Shown here: positions 10,038 through 22,603 of the stretch, one piece after another
How the letters are laid out: every line of letters begins with the position of its first letter
Position numbering within the stretch: the stretch's first letter is position 1
Assembly (NCBI GenBank): GCA_963804645.1
Contig: CAWDRG010000009.1
Span: forward strand, 160,001 to 224,000
DNA length: 64,000 nt
Reading direction: 5' to 3'
Source of the DNA: an uncultured Bacillota bacterium
GTDB taxonomy: Bacteria; Sysuimicrobiota; Sysuimicrobiia; Sysuimicrobiales; Segetimicrobiaceae
Made by a program: the position numbers and the translations under genes
The notes under the pieces: generated by a model
Told to the model about the DNA's origin: nothing
Database searches by the model: none
What the model saw: only the letters and a program-made list of their open reading frames with translations

Positions 10038-11745
10038 CTATCCCTCCGTCCGCCACGCCTCGACCGCGCCGGCGATGGTGGTCGTCGGCTCGAGCGTGCC
10101 AAATCGATCGGCTGGCGCCGCCGCCAGGATCAACCGCCGCACCGGGTAGCGCGCATGCACCAGCCGCAGGCTGATGCCGCTCTTGCCGAGCCGGTCGTGG
10201 AGATCCTCGAGCATGGCCACCGCCGCCAGATCGACCTGCGACGCCCCTTCCAGGGTAAACACGACGAGCTTGATCGGCCGCCCTGCCCGCTCCACCGCGG
10301 CGGTCGCCGCGTTTCGCACGGACGCCGCGTTGGCGAAGAAGATGGCGCCATCCACGCGAAAGACCAGCACGTCCGGAATCTCCTCGTTGTGCGGGGCGTG
10401 GGCCAGATCCGTGAAATTGTCCGTGCCCGGGACGCGGCCGAGGATCGCCGTGGGCGGGTGCGCCGCGCGTGCGATGAGCATCACGACGGACGCAATGACC
10501 CCGACGAACAACCCCCGGAGCATCCCCAGGACCAGCGACGCTGATCGCGGCCAGCAGGGCGATCCGAAACTCGGCCGGGCTGGCGCGGCGCATGCGGCCC
10601 AACGCCCCCAGGTCGATCAGGCCCGCCGCGGCCACGAGCACCACCGCGGCCAAGATGGGACTCGGCAGGTTGCGGAACAACCCGGTCAGGAACATCAGCA
10701 CCGCGGCGATCAGCGCGACGGCCACCAGGAGCGCCGCGGGCGTCCTGGCGCCGCTGGCGTCGTTCACGGCCGACTGCGACATCCCGCCGCCCACGGGGTA
10801 CCCGTGACCGAACGCGACGGCCGCGTTGGTGACGCCGAGCGCGAGCAGCTCCTGGTTCGGGTCGATCTCGTAGCCGTGCTTCGCGGCGAAGGTGCGAGCG
10901 ACCGCCATGCTCTCGACGTAGGACAGCAAGAAACACGCCAGCGCCAGCGAGAGCAACGTGTCGAAGTCGGCCCCCGACACGGCGGGGAGCGTCAGCGCGG
11001 GCAGCCCTTGTGGAATCCGCCCAACCACGTCGACCCCCCGCGCTGCCAGCGAGGTCACCGAGGCAAAGACGATGGACAGCACGACCACCACCAGCGACAC
11101 CGGCCGCCTGGGAAATAGACGTCCGCCGACGACCAGCAGCACGATGCCGGCCAGGCCCACTTCCAGCGCGGGCCCCTTCGTCTCTCCCAGATGTCGAACG
11201 AGGAACACGATGCGGGGGATGAAGTTGCCGCTCCCCCCCGAGATGCCGAACAACTTCGGCAGCTGCGTCGAGGCGATCTGCAGCGCGACCCCCGCCTTGA
11301 ACCCCGTCAGCACCGTGTCGGCGATGAAGTTGACGATCACGCCCAGGCGGAGGGCCCAGGCGACGGCGCTCGCGACCGCCACCATCAGCGCCGTGGCGGC
11401 CGCGAGGGCCGCGTAACGTGCCGGATCGCCGGCGACGAGCGCGCCGAGCGTCGAGGCCACGAGGATCGAGATCGACGAGGTCGGGCCCACCGCCATCTGC
11501 CGCGAGCTGCCGAAGACCGCGTAGGCCAGACCGCCGAGCATGACGCAGTACAGCCCGACCTGCGACGGCAGCCCGGCGAGGGACGCGTAGGCGAGCGCCA
11601 CGGGAATCGTGAACGCCGCGAGCGTCAGGCCGGCCACGATGTCGGGGCGCAGCCACGCCGCTTCGTATCCCGGCAGCCACCGGGTGATCGGCGCGACGGT
11701 CTTCAACAGCATGAGCCAGCGGGAGTGGGGGGCTGACGCCGCCAT
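10038..11745 (-). CDS. SulP/SLC26 anion transporter with STAS domain (one frameshift near 10535)
   Basis: DIVAGLT..IP.ALAYA.LAG, AVGPT, NQEL.ALG, GGMSQS; STAS part (FRVDGAIFFANA) in ORF 10038-10523 in another frame. Confidence 0.9.
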
Positions 11746-12114
11746 CTCAGGATCCGGTCAGCTCGTGCGGGTCATGCGACGCGAACGGCCGGCGCGCACG
11801 TGCGGCGCCGATGCACGACTGAGTCCGGACGGCCTCCTCCCCGGCAGGGTGCCCGCAGTGGATGCAGATCCATACGCTGCGTCCGCCGGGGATTCCTGGC
11901 GCCGCGTTGCGCGGCGGTGCCGTCCGCCGCGGGGCGGAATCCGGGATGCGCCCGGGCGAGCAACGCGGAGTTATCTGTCCGCTGTGCCGATCTGAGCGGG
12001 TGGGTGTGGAGACGCGCGCCGGCGTCCGCCGTGACGCTGCCGGACGGCCCCCCGGGAACCGGCGGCCGAGTCGCGCGTCTCCCCGGCGTGCCGAGCGGCC
12101 CTACGGCGGCGATC

Positions 12115-14731
12115 CTAGCCGTACCGAAAGCCGACGCCCCCGCAGAGCGTCGCCATCAGCACGCCCTTGTCGGCGGTGCTCGTCCGGTACGTCCGGCAGG
12201 TGAACCCCCCGGCGTTCGTGAGAATGTACGTGGCGGGCGGATTGTCGGGGTTCGCGGTCGTGTTTAGGGCCACCAGACCGTGGTGGCTGCCGCCGGACGT
12301 GTAGTTGGGGGACATGAGCCACTGCGTGCCCGAACCGTCCGTATAGACGTCGATGCCCGGTGCGGCGAGCGGATTGTTTGTCGGATCCGAATCACCGGTC
12401 GCGGTGATCTGTCCGGTCCGCCGCATCGTGGCCGGATTGTAGACTCGGATGCCGAGATCTCCCTGGCTCACGTAGATCCGTTGGCTCGCCTTGCGAATCT
12501 CGCAGATCCCGCCCGCGGCCGGAATGAAGGACCCGCTGACGTTGGGCGCGTTGCCGAACCACCCGATGTGTTGGGACGCGAGCGTGATGGCGCGCGTCGA
12601 CGCCGGCAGGCCGACGGCGCCCGTGACGGGCGACGGGCCGAAGATCTGCGGGCTCGTCGTGTACTGGTACTGCCCGTACACGCTCAGCGTCGCCGACAGC
12701 GGCGGCGCGGGCGGCAGTCCCGACACGATGAGCGCGTTGGACGGACTCTGCAGCGTCACCGCGTTGGACAGCCCCGACATCCCGCAGCACACGCCGAAGG
12801 CGTCAAAGTAGGCGATCAGCACCTGATACGTGAACGGTGTCTCGACGCTCCCGCCGGTGCCGGCGGCGATGTGCGGCGCCGCGACGAGCGTCACCAGCCG
12901 GTCCGGGATGTCCGCAGTCACGATCGGCGCGATGATGCCGAGGCGGCCGACGTCGAACGCCATGACGCCGAGCGCGGAGTCCGAGACCCACAGCGTGGAG
13001 CCCGGTACGCCGCACGCGCCGTCGATGAACAAGACCGTTGATCCCCTGCGTCCCGGACGGCCCCGTGTACGCCGCAACGGCCGTGAGCGCGTACGACGGC
13101 GCGGGCCCCACCGCGTAGGTCACGATCTTGAGCACCCCGTAGGCGTTCACGAGCGCACTCAGATACTTTCCGTCCCACGCGGTGTTGACGAGGGTCGAAT
13201 CGCCGTAGCACAGAAGCGGTGTCATGTTGCCGTTCCGGCACTGGAACAGGTAGTCGTAGGCGTTTTCGGCCGCGCCCGGCGCGATCCGCAGCGTGGGATC
13301 GGTCCCGCCCGCGGTGGTGCCGAACGGCTGCAGGCGGCTGCCGATCAGGGTCCCCACGGACCCGGTGGCCCTTAGATTGTCCGTCGGATCGTGCACCTCG
13401 TAGGAGAAGCGGCACGTCGAATACACCCACTGGTCGGCGTCGCTCGCCACCGTCGTCGCCTGGCGGGTTTCTGCGTTGGCGTAGCACCGCTGCAGCACCC
13501 CGACCGGTCCGGCGGCGGCCACCTTCGACACATCGTAGATGACCGTCCCGCCCGGTCCGCCGCCGCCGCCCTCGGACGAGAGCGCAAATTTGTTCCCGTC
13601 CGGGCTGACCGCCGTGTCGACGGCCGGACACGACATGCTGCCGCCGGGACCGGACTGCGTCCACCCGGGGATGGTGGTGATCAGGCTCAGCGCGTCCCCT
13701 GCCCCGATCGCGAGCACGTCCGTTCCCGATTGATTCATATCGCCCCACGTGGCGTACAGCAGATTGTGCACGCGGTCGAACTTGAGCTGTCCGTACCCCG
13801 TCGCGCGCGCGGGGGCCTGGTAGGTCGCGGGAGCGCCGATCGGCCGCGGCGCCGTCGGTGTGGTGATGTCGTACGTCACAATCACGTTGCCGTTCCCGGC
13901 GTACAGGCGGGTGCCGTTGGGGACGCCGACGTGCAGGTTCGGGATTGTGGCGAGGCGCGTGCCCGGCCCTCCCCCCGCAACGAGCAGCGCCAGGTTGAAC
14001 AGATAGAGGTTCCCCGTCGCGTTGTCGCAGCACACGAGCCGCTGGTTGGCGCGGTCGATCTCCATGCCGTAGACGCCGCTCCACTGATCCGATGACTGAA
14101 ACGTGAACGTCGCTCCGCTCTGGATGTTCGTCGCGGTCAGCGTGCCGGGCGTCCCGTCATGGGCGAGGTAGACATACGTGCTGTCAATCTGCACGGCCTG
14201 GCTGATCGCGCTGAAGGCTTTGGGCCAGTTCGCATTCGCCATCGCCATGGTGGAGCCGTTGAGCACCTGTGCCTGGGGCACGATCGAGTTGTTGACGGCC
14301 ACGTACCCTTTGAACTGGGCACTTTTCCGCGGGTTGTTGTACACGGCGTTGCTGCAGGCGTAGGACAGCACCGTGTTCTGTCCGCTCTGCGTGTCGACGC
14401 AGATGACCCCGACGTCGCCTTCCTGCGTGGGGATGTACAGGTACCGGCTGTCGTCGCTGAACGCCGGACCGCCCGCGAACCCCTGAAAGCTCGCTTTCGT
14501 CACCGGGACGGTGATCGCCGGGCCGCCGTAATTGCCGTAGACCGTCATGTCGCGCAGCTTCTGCCAGGTTCCCCCGCTGACGGCCGCCAACGCAGTGTCG
14601 GTGTTCGTCGCGGTCTTGATCGCGGCGGCGACCCCGCCCATCGCCCCGCCCAGCCCGATCGAGATCACCGCGCTGGCGCTCTGGCGAAGGAACGTTCTCC
14701 GACTGTAGGCGGACGCGGCCGTGCCTGTCAT
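12115..14731 (-). CDS. Large Tat-exported beta-propeller-like protein (LVIVD-like repeats; frameshift near 13040)
   Basis: SRRTFL twin-arginine signal; repeats such as VTYDITTPTAP, VIYDVSK, IYVSQGDLGIRVY; ORFs 12803-14761 and 12115-13077 join across one indel. Confidence 0.65.
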
Positions 14732-14987
14732 CGCACCGACCCCTCCCCGGGTTCCGTCCAACGGCGCCGCGCAGTGTCAGCGCAGCCGTCCGGATCGTCG
14801 TGCTGCGTCGCACATCCCGCCCCGTATATGCCCGCCGCCCCGTTTACCCGGACGCCACGAGACAGAAAACTCAGTCCGCACGTCTACACCGGGGCGTCCC
14901 ATCCCTCGATCTGTCGGGTGGCGGCAGGTCTGAATCCCGCCGGTGCACGGTATAAACGAAGAGGCAGGGTCGGGGAGCGGCTGCGGG

Positions 14988-15573
14988 ATGACGCGAAGAC
15001 GACGGATCGCCGCGGGACGCAGGCGGCGCGCTGCGGATTGGGGTGAGACCGGGTTCACCCTGATCGAGACGATGCTTGGGATCGTGCTGCTGACTGTTGG
15101 ACTCCTCGCCGTCGCGGACGTCTACCCGCACGGACTGGCGCTGTCGGCGTACGGCCAGGCTCAGACCGCGGCGGCCGCCCTGTCCGAACGCTGGATCGAG
15201 GATCTCAAGAGCGAGCCCGACCTCCACGCTGATCCATGACCTGGGGGACTACGGCACGGTGCCGAGCCAATATTTCGACCAAAACGGCACCCCCACGACG
15301 GCCGCCGCCGCGGTCTTCACGGTGGACCTCCAGATCCAGTCGTGGATCTGGGACCCGGGGACGGCCCAGTACATCATCTCCGCGACGCCGTACACCTCCC
15401 CGAGCTCCGGACAGTACGTCTATCGCGTGTCGGCCGCCACGCACTGGCTCGTCAACGGCCACACCGCGTTCACGTTTGGCAACAGCGGCGCCCCGAACGG
15501 GTGCGTGGTCGGCGGGGTCGCGGCGCCGGAAGGAGCCGGCTGTGTGCAGACGAGCACCTTCGTCACGCCGTAA
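14988..15573 (+). CDS. Type IV prepilin-like minor pilin (PilV-like; frameshift near 15230)
   Basis: Basic leader then G|FTLIE and hydrophobic helix; continues in ORF 15097-15573. Confidence 0.8.
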
Positions 15574-15619
15574 CGCCGCGCGGCCGCACGCGCGCGCAGG
15601 CCTCGGCGCCGAGCAGGGC

Positions 15620-16276
15620 ATGACGGTGATCGAGCTGATGAGCGCGCTGCTCGTGTTTTCGCTCGTCATGGGCGCGCTCTCGTCGCTGTTGATCACGAGT
15701 CTGGCCGTGTATTCGAAGGGCAGCGTGAGCACGCAGGCCCAGGTCAGCGTGCACCTCACGCTCGGCCGCCTTGTGCGCGAGGTGCGCCAGGCGCGCCGGT
15801 TGCTCAACGGCACGCAGGAAAGCGCGAACGGCGTGACGTTCAGTTTCAATACAACGTGCACCATCACCCCACAGCTCAGCTTCGCGCTGCCGCATACCGC
15901 GGTGTACGCGCTGTCCGACGGCACGACCGCCTACACCACCGACGCGAACGCGTCGGGCGTCAACCCCTACGACGGCTGGTACGTGAGCTATTACCTGTCG
16001 GCCGCGCAGGCGGCCGGGACCGGAGCGCTCGCGCCCGCGGCGGATGCGTCGGGTCCGTACGTCATTCGGGTCGAGTACGATGTCACCGCCGGCCAGCTGT
16101 CGTACGGGACGGTAACAGGCGGCGTCACGGCGCTGACGCTCGCCGCCCAGGGCGGCTGCCCCACCGCGAATACGCGCAATCTCTCCATCACGGTGGCGGG
16201 AGCCGCGGCGGCGGTGAACGAGGCCGTAACCACCACCGACGTGATCACGAGCGATGTCACCCTCCGCAACCAATAG
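15620..16276 (+). CDS. Type IV prepilin-like minor pilin (PilW-like); true start probably a little upstream
   Basis: QG|MTVIEL cleavage motif, L.RL.REVRQA helix, C-terminal VTLRN. Confidence 0.8.
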   Translation: MTVIELMSALLVFSLVMGALSSLLITSLAVYSKGSVSTQAQVSVHLTLGRLVREVRQARRLLNGTQESANGVTFSFNTTCTITPQLSFALPHTAVYALSDGTTAYTTDANASGVNPYDGWYVSYYLSAAQAAGTGALAPAADASGPYVIRVEYDVTAGQLSYGTVTGGVTALTLAAQGGCPTANTRNLSITVAGAAAAVNEAVTTTDVITSDVTLRNQ

Positions 16277-16357
16277 GGTCCGGCAGCGGACCCGCGCGCC
16301 CCGGGGACGCGCCGCGTGCGGCGGGGTGGGAGTCGGCCGCCCGCTCGGACGCCGGGA

Positions 16358-17989
16358 TGGCGTTCGTGATGACGCTGCTGGTGGTGTTCTTCGTGGGCAT
16401 GATGCTCTTCGCATTCGTCTTCACGAGTCAGAGCGGCGTGTGGTTTGCGACCAACGACCGAAACAGCACCGTCGCCATGGAACTCGCAGAGGCCGGCGTC
16501 CAGGAAGCGCTGAACCGGCTGCGGGTGTCTGGCGTCGGCGCGACGGGCACGTTCGCGAACAGCCTCGCGGCCAGCGCGGCGGCGCCGCACAGCAGCGGGA
16601 CCGTGACGCTGCAGGCTCCGCTCGCGATCAACCCGACGATCATTCCGATTCTCTCCGTTGCGGCCTACGGCGGGATACAGCGCGCGGCGCGGGTCCTGGT
16701 GCAGGCGGCGTACCAGCCGGGATTCGGCAACGTGGTCCAGGCTCCGCTCGTCGTGTTTCAGGGCGACGCATCCGCGATCACCGGGGACACATCCTCGCTC
16801 TCCAGCGTGACGTTTCAGACCTATCAAACGTCACCCGCGCCGGCGTCGGGCGCGACCGCGACGAACCTGATTTCCCCCCAGGTGATGGCGGGGACCGACA
16901 TCACGACCCAGGGCAGCGGCCCGGGCGACTTTTTCTTCGAGTGCGCCAACGATTCGACGACCGAGGTCGCGCCGACGACGTGCATGCGCCAGACCAACCT
17001 GCCGATCAACTGGCATCCGGCCACCCCGCAGGGGATGCCGTCCGCGGACTTCACTGCCGTGATCCTGCAGTGGAACGGCAGCAACGCGAACCTGCCGAGC
17101 GGCCTCCAGGTGGTACAGGCCACGCAGGGCGGCGTCGGCGTGACGTACACGTCCGCGGGGACGTACACGCCGACCTACTGGACGACCGTCGCCGCCACGG
17201 CCGGGCAGGTGTTGCTGATCGTCGACAGCGGCGGTCCGTTCTGCGTGAACGGGGCGAGCGTCACCGCCGGGGTCTGTACCGGCCTCGGCACCCTCTACGG
17301 CGATGTCAGCGGGGGCGGGGCGGACGAGCGGTATCTCGACTGGGGCCTCGTCGCCGACGATCTCAGCCGGACGACAGCCGCCGCGTTCTTCCAGGCGCCC
17401 ACCTGCGCGACGTGCAACGCCGGCGGGCCGAACGGCAACCAAAACGGCGTCCGGTACGTGTCGCTCGATCCCCACCGTCGACGTGCTCGGCATCGCGTGC
17501 AACAACAACCTCGCCCCGGGATTCAGCGCGTTCTACAATGTCTCCAGCGACGGGATGACGTGCGCAGCCCCTCCGACGCTCATCGGCAGCGGCACCTTCA
17601 CCGGGACGAAGAGCAACCCCGAATTCCTCGTGATCGACAACGGCGCTCCGGGCGGCGCCGCGGTGACGATCACCGGCACGGGGCGCGCGACCGGGTGCAG
17701 CGATACCTTCGCGTCCGCGAACTGGGGGGTGATCGTCGCGACGGGAGACCTCACCCTGCAAGACTTCGCGTTCGACGGCGTGATCTACACGCTTGGCAAC
17801 GTGTATACGCAGGGCCACATCTACGTCAAGGGCGGGATCTTCTCCGGCACGCCGTCCACGACACAGGTGGACCAGTTGAGCGGCACGCTGTCGTTTTGCG
17901 GCGGCGCATCGGTGAGCGTCCCCATGGCCGCGACGTTCTTCAATTTCACGCCGATGTCGTGGGTGGACCGCCCGGCCGGACAACCCTGA
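16358..17989 (+). CDS. PilX-like minor pilin with large C-terminal domain (frameshift near 17470; start uncertain)
   Basis: G|MAFVMTLL (no Glu5), AMELAEAGVQEAL PilX signature; the copy at 21698-22400 shows the correct frame across the indel. Confidence 0.75.
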
Positions 17990-18012
17990 CGAGGACGCAT
18001 CCGGTCGACGCG

Positions 18013-18046
18013 CCTCCGCCGCGGGCGTCTTCCCCCGCGGCGGAGG
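18013..18046. terminator. 13-bp GC hairpin, probable bidirectional terminator
   Basis: CCTCCGCCGCGGG-8nt-CCCGCGGCGGAGG between the pilX stop and the 3' end of the tRNA fragment; no clear U-tract. Confidence 0.55.
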
Positions 18047-18067
18047 GGTCGACGGTACGCCGGCCGA

Positions 18068-18097
18068 TGGAGACGACAGGATTCGAACCCGTGACCC
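18068..18097 (-). repeat. tRNA-Ala 3' fragment (att-like site)
   Basis: TGGAGACGACaGGATTCGAACCCGTGACCC matches 32805-32834 with one mismatch. Confidence 0.85.
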
Positions 18098-18192
18098 TCG
18101 GGGTGTGAAGCGGACCACGGTCATGCCGCCGGACGATTGGCGCTGGTGCGGGCCTCTCTATGGCGATGCGTGTCGATACGGAGATGTCACGA

Positions 18193-18762
18193 CTACTTGT
18201 TGAGCGGCCCGATCTTTGCGCCCGTCAGCGAGAAGTCATACATCAATCCTTTCGAGCCCACCACGAATCCGGCGATCGGCGCGGTAACCCGCATCGTACT
18301 GAGGTCGTCTCCCGCACCGACGTGGATCAGGGTCACCGGGCCGTTGGTGCCGACCACCCAGCCCGCCGTGAGCTCGAAACTCCTGAGCGCCGCGGCATCG
18401 CGGAACACGAAAATGACATCCTTCGACAGCACATCCGTCGAGGCTCCCCACTTGGCCGTGAAGCTGTAGTATCCGAAGCTCCGCGCGACTCCATTGATCC
18501 GCAAGGCGCCCTCTCCGTACTGCTGGCCGTACAGGAATGCGGCCTTGACGACCTCCGGGAACACCACCACGCCCTGTGACTGAGCGATGAATTTCGCACC
18601 GCCCTTGACCTGTTGACCAAACCGCGCCAACGCCGCGTTCACGGCGGTGTCGATCTGCCCGGTCGTCTTCGCTTCAGAGGTACCGGGAAGCATGAGGCTG
18701 CCGAGTAGCAGCAAACATCCCGCGAGCGCTATGCTGCGGGAAATCCGCCGAGCGCGCATCAT
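18193..18762 (-). CDS. Secreted Ysc84/SYLF-domain protein (copy A)
   Basis: Signal peptide; GVVVFP.VVKAAF..G.QYGEG, KGLMYD.SL.G.K. Confidence 0.75.
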   Translation of the reverse strand: MMRARRISRSIALAGCLLLLGSLMLPGTSEAKTTGQIDTAVNAALARFGQQVKGGAKFIAQSQGVVVFPEVVKAAFLYGQQYGEGALRINGVARSFGYYSFTAKWGASTDVLSKDVIFVFRDAAALRSFELTAGWVVGTNGPVTLIHVGAGDDLSTMRVTAPIAGFVVGSKGLMYDFSLTGAKIGPLNK

Positions 18763-19093
18763 CTTACCCCCCGATCAACCAGAAGTCGGTCCGAACCGTT
18801 TCACGACCGCAGTCGGGGCCGCCGCGCCGCCACCTGGGCGCGTGCATCCGCCGCGCATCGCCCAAACGAGCATACTCCGCGTCACAACCAAAAGCCTTGT
18901 GGCGGCCTCACGGCCCGATGCTCCGCCACGTTTGCCGCATCTATCTGAGACCTTCCATGCTTGCGTTCGAACGTGGGGTACGCGAATCGACTGCTGTCGT
19001 GGCCTAACGCGAGGCGCCCAGCCCGATGCCGGTGCCCGTACGTCTCGTGGAATGGTGAGGGAGCGGAGACGACCCCGCTCCCTCACCGATCGG

Positions 19094-21467
19094 TTATTGT
19101 CTCGCCATCGCGATCCGAAGCGCTTCCTCCGGCGACACCAAATGGTCGGCGCTCTCGGCGGCCGCGGCGATCGCGATCTGCACGCCCTTGACGCGGCCCG
19201 AGAACGCGTTGCCCCGCGGCCCGTAGTCAGGGGACACCGGCGCGCCCGTGTCTTCGCCGACGTCGCAGCCGTCGTCGGCGGAAAACACCATCGCCGCCGT
19301 GGCCGCGACCTTGCTCTCTCCGACCTTCTTGCCGTCGACGTAGAGCGACACCTGGCCCCCCTTGCCGAGACCGCCGCCCGCATAGGCGAACTCCATCCGC
19401 ACCTGGTGTTCGCCCGCCGGCAGCGGGCCGGCCGCTTCCGCGTAGAAGTACTGCACACCGAGCAGATTGTAGCAGTACTTGAGCTTGTTGCCCTTCGCGT
19501 ACAGGCTCCAGCCGCCGATGTTGCCCCCCTGCGCGACGATCACACCCTCGGCGCCAGACGCCGGCACCACGATCTCGGCGGTGATCGAGTGGGACTTGTT
19601 CTTGACGTTGATGACGGAGTTCTCCGACAGCCGCCCCATGCCGCTGAACAGAATCTGGGAGGTGCCCTTGATCAGGATGGGCCGACCGGCGATCTCCGGA
19701 CGTGCCCGCTCGAGCCCGCGGTCGTCCAAGGGCAGCACGTTGTACCGCGTCGCCTCGATCAGCCACAGGCGCTGCAGCTCATGCAGTTTCTCCGGCATCT
19801 CCTTCGACAGGTCCCGCGCCTGGCTCCAGTCTTTGCTGGTGTCGTAGAGCTCCCAGACGTCATCGTCGAACGCCGGGTTCTTTCCGCCGACGATCACCCA
19901 CGGCGTGTTGTGCCGCGTCACCGCGGTCCAGCCCTTGTGGTAGATGCCCCGGTTGCCGAACATCTCGAAGTACTGCGTCTCGTGCCGGTCGGCCGCCTTG
20001 GCGTCGTTGAAGGAGTACAGCATGCTGACGCCCTGGATGGGCATCTGCTGCACCCCGTTCACCAAGATGGGCTCGGGGAGCCCGGCCGCCTCGAGGAGGG
20101 TCGGCGCGACGTCGATGACGTGGTGAAACTGGCTGCGGAGTTCGCCCTTGCCCGTGATCCGCTTCGGCCAGTGCACGATGGTCCCGTTGCGCGTGCCGCC
20201 CCAGTGCGATGCCACCTGCTTGGTCCACTGATACGGCGTGTCGAGCGCGTGCGCCCAGCCGACCGCGTAGTGGTTGTAGGACTCCGGTCCGCCGAGTTTG
20301 TCGATCCGCGCCATGAGAAACTCCGGCGTCTCTAAGGCGGCCATGCCGTTGAAGTTGATCATCTCGTTGAACGTGCCGTTCAGCGTCCCTTCCGCCGACG
20401 CCCCGTTGTCTCCGATGATGTAGTACACGAGCGTATCGTCCAGGATGTTGAGCTTTTGCATGCCGTCCAGCAGGCGGCCGACGTGGTAGTCGACGAATTC
20501 CATGTAGCCTGCGTACACCTCCATCTCGCGGCGGAGCACGGGCTTGAGTGCCTCCGGCATGTCGTCCCACGCCGGGATCTCCTTATGGCGTGGGGTCAGC
20601 AGCGCATCCTGCGGGATCACGCCCAACTCTTTCTGCCGCTTGAACGTCCGCTCTCGCAGCTTGTCCCACCCATCGTCGAACTTCCCCTTGTACTTGTCGG
20701 CCCACTCCTTCGGTACGTGGTGCGGTGCGTGCGTGGCGCCGGGCGCGAAGTAGACGAAAAACGGCTTGTCGGGCATGAGCGCCTTCTGCTGCCCGACCCA
20801 CGCGATCGCTTTATCGGTCATGTCCTCCACGAGGTGGTACCCCTCTTCCGGCGTCTTCTTGACGTCCACCGCCGTCGTGCCCTCGTAGATCGTGGGATAC
20901 CATTGGTTAGCTTCTCCGCCGATGAAGCCGTAGAAGTACTCGAAGCCGCCGCCGCCGCTGGGCCACGCGTCAAACGGACCGGCCGGACTCGTCTGCCACA
21001 CCGGCACCTCATGGCACTTGCCGAACTGCGCCGTGGCATACCCGTTCAGCTTCAGCGTCCGCGCAATCGGCGACGCGGTGTTGGGCAGGACTGAACTGTA
21101 CCCCGGCGCGCCGGTCGCGACTTCCGTGATGGCGCCCATGCCGACCGAGTGGTGGTTGCGCCCGGTCAAGAGCGCCTGCCGCGTCGGGGAGCAGAGGGCC
21201 GTCGTGTGAAACCGGGTGTACTTCAACCCGCCGGCCGCCAGCCGTTCCGCGTTCGGCGTGTTGCACGGGCCGCCGAACGCGCTGGACGAGCCGAAGCCCG
21301 CGTCGTCGATCAGCACGATGAGCACGTTTGGCGCGCCCTGTCGGCGGACGCAGCTGCGGGATCGGCGGGTACTGGCTGTCGGGATCCTTGGCGTCGAACG
21401 TGATCAGCCCCGTGCGGGGACGGTCGGGGATCGGTAAAACGGTGCGTCCGTGCTCTAGGTCCGGCAT
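19094..21467 (-). CDS. Arylsulfatase, Cys-type (copy A; frameshift near 21335)
   Basis: LIDD.G, CSPTRQALLTGRNHH, FGKCH, GDNG; N-terminus MPDLEHGR in a shifted frame. Confidence 0.92.
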
Positions 21468-21697
21468 CTCTGTTGCCTCCTCTGATTCCCAATACATTGG
21501 GTTTCGCGGGGGTTCGCGAGCGCGTACTGTATAGGTTCGACATCGACCAGCGACCCCATGCCTGTGGCGAGACGCCGAATCGGAGAATGGCACCGCCACT
21601 GCCGCGCAGGGGTGCGTCTGGTAGCAGACGCACCCCGTGAATTCACCCGCCTCCCCGACATCGCCCCGCGGGACGTGCTCACATCCAGAACAACCAC

Positions 21698-22400
21698 CGG
21701 CACCCTGTACGGCGATGTCAGCGGGGGCGGGGCGGACGAGCGGTATCTCGACTGGGGCCTCGTCGCCGACGATCTCAGCCGGACGACAGCCGTCGCGTTC
21801 TTCCAGGCGCCCACCTGCGCGACGTGCAACGCCGGCGGACCGAACGGCAACCAAAACGGCGTCCGGTACGTGTCGCTGATCCCCCCCGTTGACGTGCTCG
21901 GCATCGCGTGCAACAACAACCTCGCCCCGGGATTCAGCGCGTTCTCCAATGTCTCCAGCGACGGGATGACGTGCGCAGCTCCTCCGACGCTCATCGGCAG
22001 CGGCACCTTCACCGGGACGAAGAGCAACCCCGAATTCCTCGTGATCGACAACGGCGCTCCGGGCGGCGCCGCGGTGACGATCACCGGCACGGGGCGCGCG
22101 ACCGGGTGTAGCGATGCCTTCGCGTCGGCGAACTGGGGGGTGATCGTCGCGACGGGAGACCTCACCCTGCAAGACTTCGCGTTCGACGGCGTGATCTACA
22201 CGCTTGGCAACGTGTATACGCAGGGCCACATCTACGTCAAGGGCGGGATCTTCTCCGGCACGCCGTCCACGACACAGGTGGACCAGTTGAGCGGCACGCT
22301 GTCGTTTTGCGGCGGGGCATCGGTGAGCGTCCCCATGGCCGCGACGTTCTTCAATTTCACGCCGATGTCGTGGGTGGACCGCCCGGCGGGACAACCCTGA
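21698..22400 (+). pseudogene. 5'-truncated second copy of the pilX-like gene
   Basis: GTLYGDVSGG...WVDRPAGQP open in one frame; no pilin N-terminus. Confidence 0.85.
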
Positions 22401-22478
22401 CGAGAACGCATCCGGTCGACGCGCCTCCGCCGCGGGCGTCTTCCCCCGCGGCGGAGGGGTCGACGGTACGCCTGCCGA

Positions 22479-22508
22479 TGGAGACGACAGGATTCGAACC
22501 CGTGACCC
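22479..22508 (-). repeat. tRNA-Ala 3' fragment (duplicate of 18068-18097)
   Basis: Same 30-bp sequence inside copy B. Confidence 0.85.
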
Positions 22509-22603
22509 TCGGGGTGTGAAGCGGACCACGGTCATGCCGCCGGACGACTGGCGCTGGTGCGGGCCTCTCTATGGCGATGCGTGTCGATACGGAGATGTCA
22601 CGA

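Larger units (their letters stand above)
17286..21697. repeat. Tandem duplication copy A (~4.4 kb)
   Basis: From CGGCACCCT.TACGGCGATGTC to ACATCCAGAACAACCAC; repeated immediately with scattered substitutions. Confidence 0.95.
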
